64,000 nt of DNA from Callorhinchus milii (Eukaryota), in NCBI RefSeq assembly GCF_018977255.1, contig NW_024704742.1, positions 22,260,001 through 22,324,000 on the forward strand, read 5' to 3'. How positions within the stretch are numbered: the first letter of the stretch is position 1; each line of letters opens with the position of its first letter. A model generated the notes under the pieces. It ran no database searches, was not told the origin of the DNA, and saw only the letters and a list, made by a program, of their open reading frames with translations. Shown here in pieces: positions 38,088 through 50,090 of the stretch. Made by a program: the position numbers and the translations under genes.

Positions 38088-38621
38088 TAAGCAGAACAAC
38101 CTAACATTATTAAAGTGCTAATCAAATGCAGTAAAACTTTTAAAATTGATAACCTCTTGTGAGGAAAACTTGCTTAAGATAAGTGAACATTACGTTTGTA
38201 AGACAGCATGGAACAACTAATATGTCATCTTATCTGTGCGGTTGGTCTGTAATCTATTTAGCGGTTTAATAATTCATTTCTAGACTAATCTATTTTGCCT
38301 AATTGATGGATGGTACTTTACAAAGATACTACACATACTAGATACTTGTTATTGGTGATATACTCACACTTTGTCAATACACTCTGTCATTTTATGCTGT
38401 AGTTTTATTCTACTGTTCAGGAAAAAACAATAAAATCTACTAAATGAAAAATGGAGTACATTTAATTTTATGCACATAAAAACTACTGAAGGAAGTGATT
38501 GGAGCTTACATCAAAATACACCTATGTTGTTGAAAGTAAAATTGCAATTGTTAGTTTATTAGTACTAAACTTTATGATACTCAAAACCTTTAGTTTCATT
38601 ACTCCACATGCCTTTGTTTAT

Positions 38622-38930
38622 CTAGTATTAAGTAGGAACCTATTTGTCAGTTGATTGGCAGATCGCTTTCCCAGGGTAATAATTCCTTCAAAAAAAATGT
38701 GGTAACTCAATCCACCACTGTTTGTGGGACATCGCTATGCGTAATTGGCTCCACTCATTGGATGAGAAATTAAACTAAAGTCCTGTCTGCCTGTTCAGGT
38801 AGATGTTAAAAAAGACATCTGAAACGAGAAAGGAGTTGCTTTTGGTGTACTGGCCAATAATCCTCCAGCTAAATTGATCATTCACCTGCTGTTTGTGGGA
38901 CATCGCTATATCAAATGAAAGTATTATTAT
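38622..38930 (+). mobile_element. Composite SINE: long-subtype body fused to a Deu-domain segment
   Basis: aagtaggaacc...gttgattggcagatcgctttcc, followed by ggatgagaaattaaact...ctgtctgcctgttcaggt. Confidence 0.7.
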
Positions 38931-39258
38931 CCCCATTCTCTCTGACATGTTTGTTTCAATTATTGCAAGCCAAGAATGGGCTACTCCACCATTGGACTTC
39001 GAGTACGTGGAATATTGTCTTGCCTTAAAAACAAGCTTAAAGTTGTTATCCTGCAAATCGAATGCGACAATTGAAAAGGGTGTTGAGAGAGTGCAGGGGC
39101 GGGGGTGAGATCTCCACCTCCAGAACACAAGGATATTAATATATCACAACACTATACCACTCAGTTGCTTCTATGTGCATGATTTTCCCATTGTTTCTGT
39201 GGTTAGACTGGTGGTATTCTCACACAAGCATGACAGAATATGATTGTTTACACTGACA

Positions 39259-40345
39259 TGTGTCAGCCTGGTTCAGTTGGCAGTACTCTTGCCTCTGAGT
39301 CCGAAGGTTGTGGGTTCAAGACCCATGTTGGGTCTTGAATTCACATAGTATAAGTTGACACTCCAATGCAGTCCTGGGGGTTTATTGCATTGTCAGAGGT
39401 GCTGTCCTTTGGATGAGAAATTAAACTGAGGCCAGGACCGCTTTCCTGCACCTCCGCCACATTGTCCGCCTCTGACTGTACCTTACTCCAAATGCAGCCG
39501 AAACCCTCTTGCATGTGTTGTCATCTCCCGCCTGGATTACTCAAACGCACTCCTTGCCGGTCTCCCCAGCTCCACTATTCAAAAGATCTAGCTTATTCAG
39601 AACCCTGCCGCCCGCATACTGACCTGGACCAAACTCCGTACCCACATCTCACCAGTTCTGGCCAGGCTTCACTGGCTCCCATCACTGAATGAATCAATTT
39701 CAAGATCCTCACACTAGTACTCAAATCCCTTCACTCTCTGGCACCTCTCTACCTCGCTGACCTTCTCACTCCTCATTTCCACCACCCGGCGCTTCCGCTT
39801 GACTGGCACAGGCCTCCTGCTTATCCCTCGCACCCTCTGCCCAACAATCGGAGGTCGTGCTTTCAGCCACTACGCTCTGAAACTCTGGAACATTCTTCCT
39901 CAATCCCTCCACCTTGCCCCCTCACTCCCCTTTTCAAGGGCCACCTGAAAACCTTCCTCTACGACTGTGCTTACGGCCACCTCACCCAACCCTCCCCCCA
40001 GCTCGGAGTCAGGCTCTGCCACTGTTAAGCTCTGAGATGATAACCTGCATGGAGGACATTATATACGTGCAAGTTGTTATTTAGAGGCCCTGTCTGCCAG
40101 TTCAGGTGGATACTAAAGATCCCATGGCATTATTCGAAAAGAGAAGGCATTGTCTCCTGGTTTCCTGGCCAACAATCCTCCAAATTGAAATTGGTCTTTT
40201 CTTTCATGACTAGTTGTGGAAAGTTGCTGAGTGCAACTCAACTGCTATATTCGCTTACAAATACACAGTCACGACACTTCACAGTAAATCCTGTGAAGCG
40301 CTTTGGGATATGAAAAGTGCTATACCAAATGCAAATATTATTATC
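39259..40345 (+). mobile_element. Deu-domain SINE split by a nested L2 insertion
   Basis: Head tgtcagcctggttcagttgg...gcctctgagtccgaaggttgtgggttcaag. The Deu core breaks at ttaaactgaggcc (39433) and resumes at gaggccctgtctgcc (40084). Confidence 0.85.
39434..40083 (+). mobile_element. 5'-truncated L2 LINE inserted in the SINE, 6-bp TSD GAGGCC
   Basis: L2 ORF2 C-terminal-like sequence (RLDYSNALLAGLP; LHWLP), 3' tail tgcaagttgtt, TSD at 39428-39433 and 40084-40089. Confidence 0.85.
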
Positions 40346-42104
40346 ATTTATTTATGAAATATAAATACTTTATGTAGTCCTTCAAGAGGTAGATTAACTC
40401 TTAATACAAATACAGTCCAAAACAACTATCCAAAGCTTAAATGTTGATTAATCTTTGCTCTGCAATGCCAGCAAATTGTGATCTGTATTTCACCAGGAAT
40501 AGTACCACAATATAGAGAATGAAATGCTTACCATCTTGATTGTCTTTAGTCAAGAAAATTGAAAATGAATACACTGAACGATCACATCCTTACTGTGTTT
40601 TCAGTGAGAGTGTAGAGAAATAACTGGAGGGCAGAAACAGTCCACAATCTACACCAGTGAAATGCACTGTATTTTAAAAGCTAGAATACTCTTATTAATT
40701 TCCAAGGAGTCCCATGTATAATTAGAAGAATCAGTTTCACTTATAAGTAGCATTGTGTAATTCATACCTCTAATCTCACTGTTGCACATTGTTCATTGGA
40801 TTATGTTAGTCTGACATCTTATCCTTCATCATTTATTACTGACAATGTTCTACTTCTGGAGCTAACAAACAGTATGCTGCTAAATAAATGAGGCTGTTGT
40901 ATTACAACACCTTTAGTGAATACTGTAACTCTAAGTGTATTAACATAGAAAATGGGTTACTGAACAGGAGTGGATTGGATTTGCCTGCTTAATTGAATAT
41001 AATGTACATAATTGGCATTTTTTTTAATTAGAAGCATTATTTTCATGAATAACCCTCAAACGCTTTATTTTTTCAGCATCGCAAATATTTCTATTCAAGT
41101 ATTTTTTCAACTGATATACCACATAGACAATGATATTCAATAAGTGATCTGATCCCTCAATTGCACCCACATATGTTGCTCTTGAGAAAAATCAATAAAA
41201 ACTGCACATGGGCGGTTCATCTTATGTCACCCTCTGACTTTCCTTCCATCTGTGGTAGATTCGCCTCTCCTTGATGACACAGAAGAAGCTGGGAATTTAT
41301 CATGTGGAGAAAAACAGGTGTGAGGAAACATCCTGACACTGTACAACCAGACCTGCACATGGTCCTATTTATATAATAATTTACTGTTTTGATTTTCCAC
41401 ACTAGAGCTTTGACCACAGCATTTTACATCACAACAGTACAGAGAGGATTATTCTTTGAAGCGCGCAACAGTTTCAAATTTTTAAAAAAAAAACTGATAA
41501 AGGAGACGGGATTATTCACCATGAAATAGATGTTGGTATAACCTGGGAGTCATCTTATGATAACGGAACATATTTATCTAAATCGAGTGTTGTGATCGGT
41601 CGTCATTCAGACAGCACTTCTCTTTGTTGAAGGGCATGTTCTTTGTCATTTTTAATACCCATGAAGAATGGCCTCTGAGCAATCGGTCTGTTCTTCAAGG
41701 GTGTTATACAATTCCACAAAGAACAAAGCCCCTTGAAAGAGATGTATGCAAAGTCTGGATATACATGGAATCATCTGGTAACGTCACTTAAGGCCTCAGG
41801 GGTTCACCATTTAATCGTCGCTTGGTTTGGGGCTTAATTAGGTGGTAAGATTTCTGGCTTCATGTCTAAACTGGGTTATTAAATTCCAGAATCAGGGAAT
41901 CTTTTGAAATTATGCACCATTTTGCAAAAAAAACAACACAGCCAAAAATGTTATCAATACAATTGGCGAAATGTAGGAAAATTTAGCCAATCGTTTAAAT
42001 CTGCGATAAAACTGACTGCTATATAATGGAATATGAAAATATCTTACTCTGAAATACAATATGTCTTCATTTATTGAAAAGACAAAAACAGAGCAAGGAA
42101 CAAA

Positions 42105-42170
42105 AACAACAACAACAAGATTCCATTTATAGAGCGCCTTTCACGTCGGGAGGACGTCCCAAGGCACTGA
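42105..42170 (-). mobile_element. L2 3' tail, minus strand
   Basis: aacaacaacaagattccatttatagagcgcctttcacgtcgggaggacgtcccaaggcactg. Confidence 0.85.
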
Positions 42171-42769
42171 AAGAAAAACTTAAACCTAAGTGCAGTGCTT
42201 TTGATGATGTGTGCTTATAATGGGAAAATCCCATCAAAATGGAATATTGTGAAAGCCACCATACATGAATTGATAAGACCTTCTTTCACTCCAATTTTTT
42301 AAAAAAACTTAATAATAACTTTTTCATTGAAAAACATTCTATAAAATGAAATGCTGAACAATTAAATTAAATCAACATTAACAAAAGTAAAAGGTTTGTG
42401 TTAAAATGGCTACTCTGCTTCTTCCTGACTTGTGGTAAGATGCTTCAACACATGAAATTACCAAAAGATTTTACAGTACAGCTCACCTGAGACTTTAAAC
42501 TTTTAAAATAAAAACATCCAAGGTCTAATTAATAATAATCTTTCATTTGATAATAACGCCTTTCTCGTCGGGAGAGCATCTGAAATTGGTGACTGCAGTT
42601 TCAGCCACTATGCCCTGAAACTCTGGAACACTCTTCCTCTATCCCACCGCCTTGTCCCTTCTTCCCCATCTTCAGATCGCGCCTGAGGACCTTTCTCTGA
42701 GATCTTTATTGTCCCTCTGAACTGGCAGACTGGACCTTGGTTTTGTATCACATCTGGATTGTGCCTCGA

Positions 42770-42895
42770 ATAATGCAGCCCCCACTCAGCACAGCAATGG
42801 AATGTCAGCCTAGAAAGTGAACTTAAAGTCTTGACATAGGACTTGAACCTATAACCTTCTGAAACAGAGGCTACAAATTGAGCAAGCCTGACACC
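42770..42895 (-). mobile_element. Deu-SINE 5' head, minus strand
   Basis: aatgcagc...gaatgtcagcctag...gacttgaacctataaccttctga...gagcaagcctgacac. Confidence 0.65.
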
Positions 42896-43036
42896 ACAAA
42901 TAACATACCTTGCATTTATGTCTTGTGCACGTAAATTAATTCATTTGTACAGATGACAACATTTAATAGGACCTATGGCAAATGGGGTGAAGTCCTTCAT
43001 TTTGCACATTTTCTCAGAATTGAATTTAAAGCTATG

Positions 43037-43670
43037 CAGCAACAACAAGTTGCATTTATATAGTGCCTTTCACATCGGGAGGACGTCCCAAGGCGCTGGA
43101 CAGCGAAGGGTTTGCACCCGAGTCAATAGTCAAAAGGAGTGGAGGGCAAGGAAGAGGGGGAGGTGATGGTGGGATGACCAAAGGCATGATCAAAGAGGAA
43201 GGTCTTGATATGGGCCATGAAGAAAGCAAGGGAGAGGGGGGAGGACTCTGCTATGGAAAGGTTGAAGGGACGACCGCTGATGGTGGGGCAGGCAGGGCAG
43301 GGGTGTGGGGCAGGGCAGGGGTGTGGGGCAGGGCAGTGCCCGCTGAGTGGAAGGAGCGGACAGGTTGGTAATTTTTTTAGGAGGTTGCATAGGTAGGGAG
43401 GGCTTTAAAAATGAGGCCAAGGTTCTTGAACTCGATCTTCTGGGAGATGGGGAACCAGTGAAGCCGGATGCGGATGTGGGTGATCGGCTCACGGAGCTCA
43501 AGTGTGGGAGAGGACATGAGCTGCAGAGTTCTGAATGCAGTTTGTGGAGGGAAGAGTTTTGAAGTCTGGCGAGCAGGGACCTAGTCAAGTCTGGACATAA
43601 TGAAAGCATGGATGAGGGTGCTGGCAGGGGAGGGGAGAGGTACGTGAGGGGAGAGGTACGTGGCACAACC
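43037..43670 (-). mobile_element. L2 LINE 3' fragment, minus strand
   Basis: Tail caacaacaagttgcatttatatagtgcctttcacatcgggaggacgtcccaaggcgctg; the minus strand encodes L2-like NSSLHKLH and FHWFP segments. Confidence 0.85.
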
Positions 43671-44741
43671 ACACTGCTTTATTAAAATCAATTAAAAAAG
43701 TAACCAAAAAAGGGTAGCTTTGGAATTATTTTTCAATTTCAATTGTTTTATTCTCTAAGGTCTAAAAATGCAAAGATTGCTGAATGAATTTAAAGTGCTG
43801 TTTTTTTCATGCTGCCATACTCAACGTCTCGTTTATGATTTTGTATCTTGAGTGACTGGACTAACATGTTTTTATATAGGGAGTTCATGACTCACAATCA
43901 AGGTGTTTATTTCTGTAATTTTCTACATAACTAAGCCAAAATACTACTGGTTGTCACATTTTAATTATTTTATGTCTATAATTTTTGCTGAGGCAATGAA
44001 AGATAAAAGATGGAGCCAATGTCTCCATAATTTATGTAGAATATATAATATACATGATGATTGTCACATCTAATGCTAAAGGTGAATTATAACTGTGTGG
44101 ACAAAGGGACATAATGGAAATCAAAAATTCTCCAGTTTATTAGATTGACCCTTACTTACGCTGTAGTACATTGGGGAGGAGGAAGGGTGGGGGATTCATA
44201 GATTTAATAAATTTCCTAGCCTTCATAGTATGAGCTTACAGTGGTAAACTCTACAAAGCACAGTTTTTTGTTCAATGTTTAATTATGCCATAAAATAAAA
44301 TTGAAGGGACATGCTGATTTGGATATCAGTCTGGATATGCTTAATAGAGATAATATTTTTTCTATTCTTTTTCCTTCTTTATATCACCCCATTTTCCATC
44401 TATGCGACCAGCTTAGTGACTTCCTCCTAGTTCCCAATGATATTCTGCAACTGGCAATCAGGAAGTATAGGGAGGTCAGATGTGTAACAAGACTTTCAAT
44501 ACTATTCCCACACCCCCATTCCACTAAGTGTTTAGCTTTTATTTGACACGGCGATCACCAAACAACATAGCACAAGTTGGGAACTTAATTTGCAGGGACT
44601 CACTGAGACAAACCCACATCCTAGCACTCTTTGGAGCACCAATACTCTGCACCCACACCCGTTGCCACCTATACATTACTCTTCAGCACTTGTTCGTAAA
44701 GTCAAGAAATACTTTGTCAATAAAGAAATTATTCATTTTTT

Positions 44742-44860
44742 AACAATAATAATCCTAGCATTTGACATAGCATTTTATCACATCTTCGAGACGTCTCAAA
44801 GAGTTTCACAGAATATACTGTAAAGTGAATTGACTGCATATTTTATGGGTGAAACTGACT
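44742..44860 (-). mobile_element. SINE 3' tail
   Basis: aataataatcctagcatttgacatagc...gagacgtctcaaagagtttcacagaatatactgtaaagtgaattgactg. Confidence 0.8.
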
Positions 44861-46029
44861 TGTTTTATACAACCTTTAATAAGAAAGAAGTTGTGTAAAA
44901 TAAGCCATTATCTAGTGACAACTGTTTTTCACAATAGGCAGAGAATGAGACTGGTATGGTTATTTTTCCAGCTTCCATTACTTCACAGGGAGGAAAACAT
45001 ACAGTACTTGGCATGTTTTTGTAATCATCTTAAAATCAATATTCTGGAACAAAGCAGGGCACCAGCTATACTTATTGCATTTGACATCTGAGACTGAAAA
45101 TCATAACTCCAGTCAATTAGCAGTATTCATGCTCGTGCCCGATGGCCCTGCTTTTAACCCATTAATCTGTCTACCTTTTCTCGTCCCTATATGCACCGGG
45201 TTGTTTTAGTTTCCAAAATTCAACAAATTCAACCTGTCCATTCAATATTTATGGACATTTTACTTAAATGAAAAGTGACTTAAAATAACAGAGCCATGTT
45301 TCTTCACTTGCAATGCTCTTTGTACTATTGGCATTACATGGTAAAATGCAACAGTTATTGACCTCTCATTTCTGTGGTATATCGAGGTTCTGACAGCCGT
45401 CAATACCCAGGATCTGATTTCTTTATTTGAGCTCCACGGTACAAGCGCTGCACACATCCCTGTATTTAAAGCGGTTTGTTGCGAGGTCTGTAGTTTTGCT
45501 TCACCAACTCAATTATTGCATTCTTGAACTGCAATGTGTTTACTTGCGGACACTGAGGCAGTCGGTGGGAAGGTATTGATCAGAGTATAACGTCACGGGC
45601 AGGCGCGAGTGCAGGATGAAAAGTGTTTCCTGCTTAATGGCCTGTTTTTTAAGTAGGTGGGAACGGCTCCTAATTAGCCAACAATTCCTGAATAACTCAG
45701 TTTCCCTCCCTCAAAATCCCCCCTACCCCCTCCCCCTTGGTCACCAGCTGCCAATCTGTCCTGTTTCAGAGAGTTCATGCTTACCGCAGCGAAAGCCTTT
45801 GTAAAAAGAGGACTCCTGGGGCCTCGACTGCCTGGGTGCAGCCTGCTGCCTGCGCTGACTAGCAACTGTCAGTTTATTTTATCTCAACCTTTTCATCATA
45901 CTGAAGAAACTGGTTGGCTCGAGCCACCTGAGAGGTCTGAAGATTCAGTACCTACATGTCATTAGCCAGGATAGCTTAGTGTCTCCCTGGCAGCAACTGA
46001 TCTGAACGTTTCCCAAAATATAACCTTGA

Positions 46030-46080
46030 AAATATAAATATATATGTATATAAATATATATAAATATATATGAAAATATA
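46030..46080. repeat. (TA)-rich low-complexity tract
   Basis: aatataaatatatatgtatataaatatatataaatatatatg. Confidence 0.8.
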
Positions 46081-46254
46081 ACCCTTCGTTTGACGAAGGA
46101 ATTGGCAACACTTAAGGCTGATGGTATATTTGTCACCAAAAAAGGCATGTGCATACACGCACAGGCACTCTTTAGCTACAAGCATTTAAATTCTGTGCTC
46201 AGAANTTTTTTTGTAATCCCGATAAGTATTTATTATGCTTTAGTAAACAGTCAC

Positions 46255-46520
46255 GTAGTCTAAGATGACACTTCAATGCAACACTGGGGCTGTTGCATTG
46301 TTCAAGGTGCTGTCCTTCGGATGAAATGTTAAACCGAGGTCCCGTCTACTGTTCAGGTGGACGTTAAAGATCCCAAGGCGTTATTCTAAAAGAGAAAGGA
46401 GTTTTTCCCGGTGTCCTGGCCAACAATCTCGCCAAATAAAGTGGGTCACTCACTCCATGACAGTTTGTGAGACATTGCTGTGCGCAAATAGCTGCCGCAT
46501 TTCAGCCACAACAATCCACG
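46255..46520 (+). mobile_element. Deu-domain SINE, central part
   Basis: ggtgctgtccttcggatgaaatgttaaaccgaggtcccgtct...gttcaggtggacgttaaagatccca...ccggtgtcctggccaac. Confidence 0.88.
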
Positions 46521-47554
46521 TTACCATTATAAATAATGTAAAAAAATACTCACATGAAAGTAATCTACGGGTATCTCCTCACTAGCAACAATCCTTACCA
46601 CATATTTACTTTCCTTTTAATATCAGATATCTACTAGATATTGAATGGATGAAGTATCTATGGGTCTGAAAATGCAACGTTTCCTCAGTTGTGAAAAAGT
46701 CTGACAATAGATCAGAAAATCAGCCTTCACGTTTGCCTTTTTTTGAGAAAAAAAGAAAACAGCAGAAATCCCACTGTTTCTATCGTACACCAAAAGCCAC
46801 AGTTAATGACGTGAATTCTGTTTCACGAATGTCAGATTTTCAATCCTAACATTAACTTTCTATAATGTCTCACAAACTGCCATGGAGTGAGTGACCCATT
46901 TTATTTGGCGAGATTGAAAGGAGAGGAAGAAGTCCAATTTTGAATAAAAGCTAGTCAACAAAATATGTGTGTACTATGAATAGATGAGGGGAAAGAGGTG
47001 ACAATGTGTGTGTATATATATATATTGCAATAGAAGTTTCTGCAAGCTAGCATGATCCTATTAGTAATCCTATCATAGTATGTGCAGGTTATAATCTTTA
47101 TAGTCTAGATGTCAGTTTCACCACTTCCATTATATCATTAAAATTATATTTTGCAATCATTAAACAACTGCACCTTTAGAGCTCCAGCCAATTTTAAGAG
47201 GAATGTCACTCATCTTTAGCATCTTAAAAAATAAAATAACTACCACTAATGTTAAAAGCCTCCCTCCCAACACCCCCTGGTCTACACTTGTTATGTTTTG
47301 TTTAGAATATACTCAGTGAGTGCCAATGATATAATCAGAAGAACAGACGAGTGGGAGTTTCTGAGCTCAGAAGTGTAGCTGAGTTGAATTAATATATGCA
47401 GTTGAATTATCACTGAGGTGCTCCTGGGTTAATAACTGCATTTCTGCAGATATTAATTCAGCCCCTTTGTACTGACGTGCTCAGTAAATTCTGTCTACAA
47501 ATCTGTCTGATAAACTACCAATTCACACTTTTTAAACAAAAGCCTGTCAACAAA

Positions 47555-47865
47555 ATAATAATAATCATGATAATAATCCTTGCATTTGATATAGGGCCTT
47601 TCACATTGTCGAGACATCTTAAAGCGGTTCATAGGATATGATGTAAAGTGTTTGACTGGGTATCTTGTGAGCGAAACAAAAGTCAGTTTTGTACAGCAAT
47701 GTCTCACAAACAGCCATGTAGTGAGTGGCCAATTTTATTTGGGAGAATGTTGGCCAGGCCACCGGGAGAAACTCCCTTCTCTTTTCGAGTACTGCCATAG
47801 GATCTTTCACGTCCACCTGAACAGGCAGACAGGATCTCATTTTAACATCTCATCCGAAGGATGAC
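47555..47865 (-). mobile_element. Deu-domain SINE, minus strand
   Basis: ccttgcatttgatatag...gttggccagg.caccgggagaaactcc...gtccacctgaacaggcagacagga...aacatctcatccgaagga. Confidence 0.88.
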
Positions 47866-49858
47866 ATGGAAAACGTTAGTAAATCTCAATTATCCTAACA
47901 TCACAGAAAGCTTAACAAATTTGAAAAGGAGGACATTTGCCTTATTGTGTTTGTACCAGTGCTGGATCTCCCAATCCTACTCTATTCCCATTCCACTGCA
48001 ATTTTGTTGTATCATCCAATAATATTTCTCGTCAGACATTTATCCTATTCCCTTCCAAACTGTTTGTGACTGAGTTTTAAAAAGACAACACATCCACAGG
48101 AATAATAATATTCCTTGCATTTAATACAGCGCCTTATCATATAATTGAGACATCTCGAACAACTTCACAGAATATATCGAAAATGGATTGAATATAATTT
48201 GTCGGCCAAAAATACACAGTAAGATCTAACATATACTGATTGCTAATGATAGTAAACCTTTTGTTTGTACTTATAATATGGATTTCGTATTACAAGCATG
48301 GACTCTGTTAGTGATAGCAAACTGCATATTACTCCTACTTTTCACTTATATAGACCAGAGTTCCTGCTGGGATGTTTAAGATGTTTACTTGAATAAATAT
48401 TATTTTGAATGCAAAAAAGAACAATGATGTTAACCAGGAGTATGTCTGTAGGGTTTTTCATTTGGACCTCACATGGATTTTCAAATACTCGCTGTCCTAA
48501 TGAGCTACGCACCACCTTATACTAAATAGCTCCGCATTTTAGATTACAAATAAAAACTGTTGTTTCATCCTTATTTTAAAATGACCATGATAAATTTTAA
48601 TATTGTTTATTCCCTCAATTTAAAACAAAAATAATGTAAGTCATTATCATCAGAGGAAATGGATTCAAAGTGGGTAGCATTAGGCACAGCCATTAACCCA
48701 GGGTGCTTCAATGATTAACTCATTTTAATTGTGTGTATTAAATCAGTTCCCTCACGCTGTGGAGTTGAAATTCCACCTGGGTTTAGGTAGTCTCTGTTTT
48801 TGCAGTATTCTAGCACATCCGGAATTTGTCAATTTTTTAATACAGTCCTAATTTGCTAAATTTTACAGTCTCTGAAATTCTACATAAATAGAATAAATAG
48901 ACGGATGGAATTTCTATCCAAAAGTCTCCGTATCTGCTCCTTGCTCAACAATTACTCCTCAGACATTTATGCAATTCCCTTCCAAACTGTTTGTAACTGA
49001 GTTTTAAAAAAAACACATTTAATTTTACACAAGATACCACAAACCATTTGGACTTTTTACCATTAAAATATCGACTGTCACTTTTTAACTATTGAAACTT
49101 GTAGGCAATGAAACTCACGCATCTATCATAGAGTAAACATAAACATCTATCATGTTTACTAAACAAATTTCCAATTTAACAATTTAAAATAAATAATAGA
49201 TTTCTTTGGAATGAGGTAACTATGCGACTACAAAACTGATGCATATTGTGATTAGATAAAAGAACATTCAAATTTGACTTCTTATCATTAAATGCTGCAT
49301 CAAGTTTCCAAACCACTAAATTGCCTCAAACAACAAACCTTTCAAATAGCGCACTTGATTTAAAAAAAGAGAACCACTCTGCTTTTGAATGCAAAGGACC
49401 AAATGTTGTTAGCACAACAGAAAAAAACAGCTTTCAATGTCATTTTGTAATGTACGTTTCAAATTCAGAATCATTACTTCATGTCAGTCTGCATCCCTAA
49501 CCAGCATCATCATCACATTGACCAACATGAAAACACATTAGTAAAGACTAACCATCATTCACTTTCCATCTCCTACTGAGATGACATAAGAAAATTTTCA
49601 AGCACACTGGCTCCATCTGCCAATACCAATTAACACACGTTACCGGTGCAGCCAGTCACATTCTCCAATGGATTTCACACATATAAATATCTAAACATGC
49701 TCGTCAATAGCAAGAAAGTGACATGACATCTAAAATGATCAAATTTAAAAAAGTAACTAAAACAGTGTGATTGCTGTGAAAAGAACAACTATCCATACAA
49801 TATGATTGAGCTATTAACAATACAGAAGCACTAATGGATTCTGTGACCAAGTACTTAC

Positions 49859-50090
49859 CATCTGTAATGGGCTCATTGAACATGTCTATTCTATTATTCT
49901 TCCATATCACCAAACGGTCGAGATTGACACGTTTACCAGCTTCAATGTTTCTACAAACCGCGGTCATCATTGAGTGAGCCTTGGCGATACCAAAGTGAAC
50001 CTGCACAATCTCCAGCAGCGGTAGATCACTTAACGTTATGGCAATATCATATGCTTGTGAAATGTACTCGCAAGCCAAGTCATATCGGCC
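49859..50090 (-). CDS. TTC29: TTC29 internal coding exon (232 nt, phase 0 to phase 1): GRYDLACEYISQAYDIA...VHFGIAKAHSMM...LVIWKNNRIDMFNEPITD
   Basis: Acceptor ttcctaacag|GGC and donor GATG|gtaagt. Contains the VH(F/Y)GIAKAH motif and the L..WK..R motif of the TTC29 C-terminus. Overlaps ORF 49704..50078. Confidence 0.93.

Noticed and set aside
46205..46205. Single N base (another at 61582)
   Set aside because: Assembly ambiguity, not a biological feature.
49704..49858. Extension of ORF 49704..50078 past the exon as real coding sequence
   Set aside because: TTC29 similarity ends at the canonical GATG|gtaagt donor; the remainder looks like chance intronic read-through.
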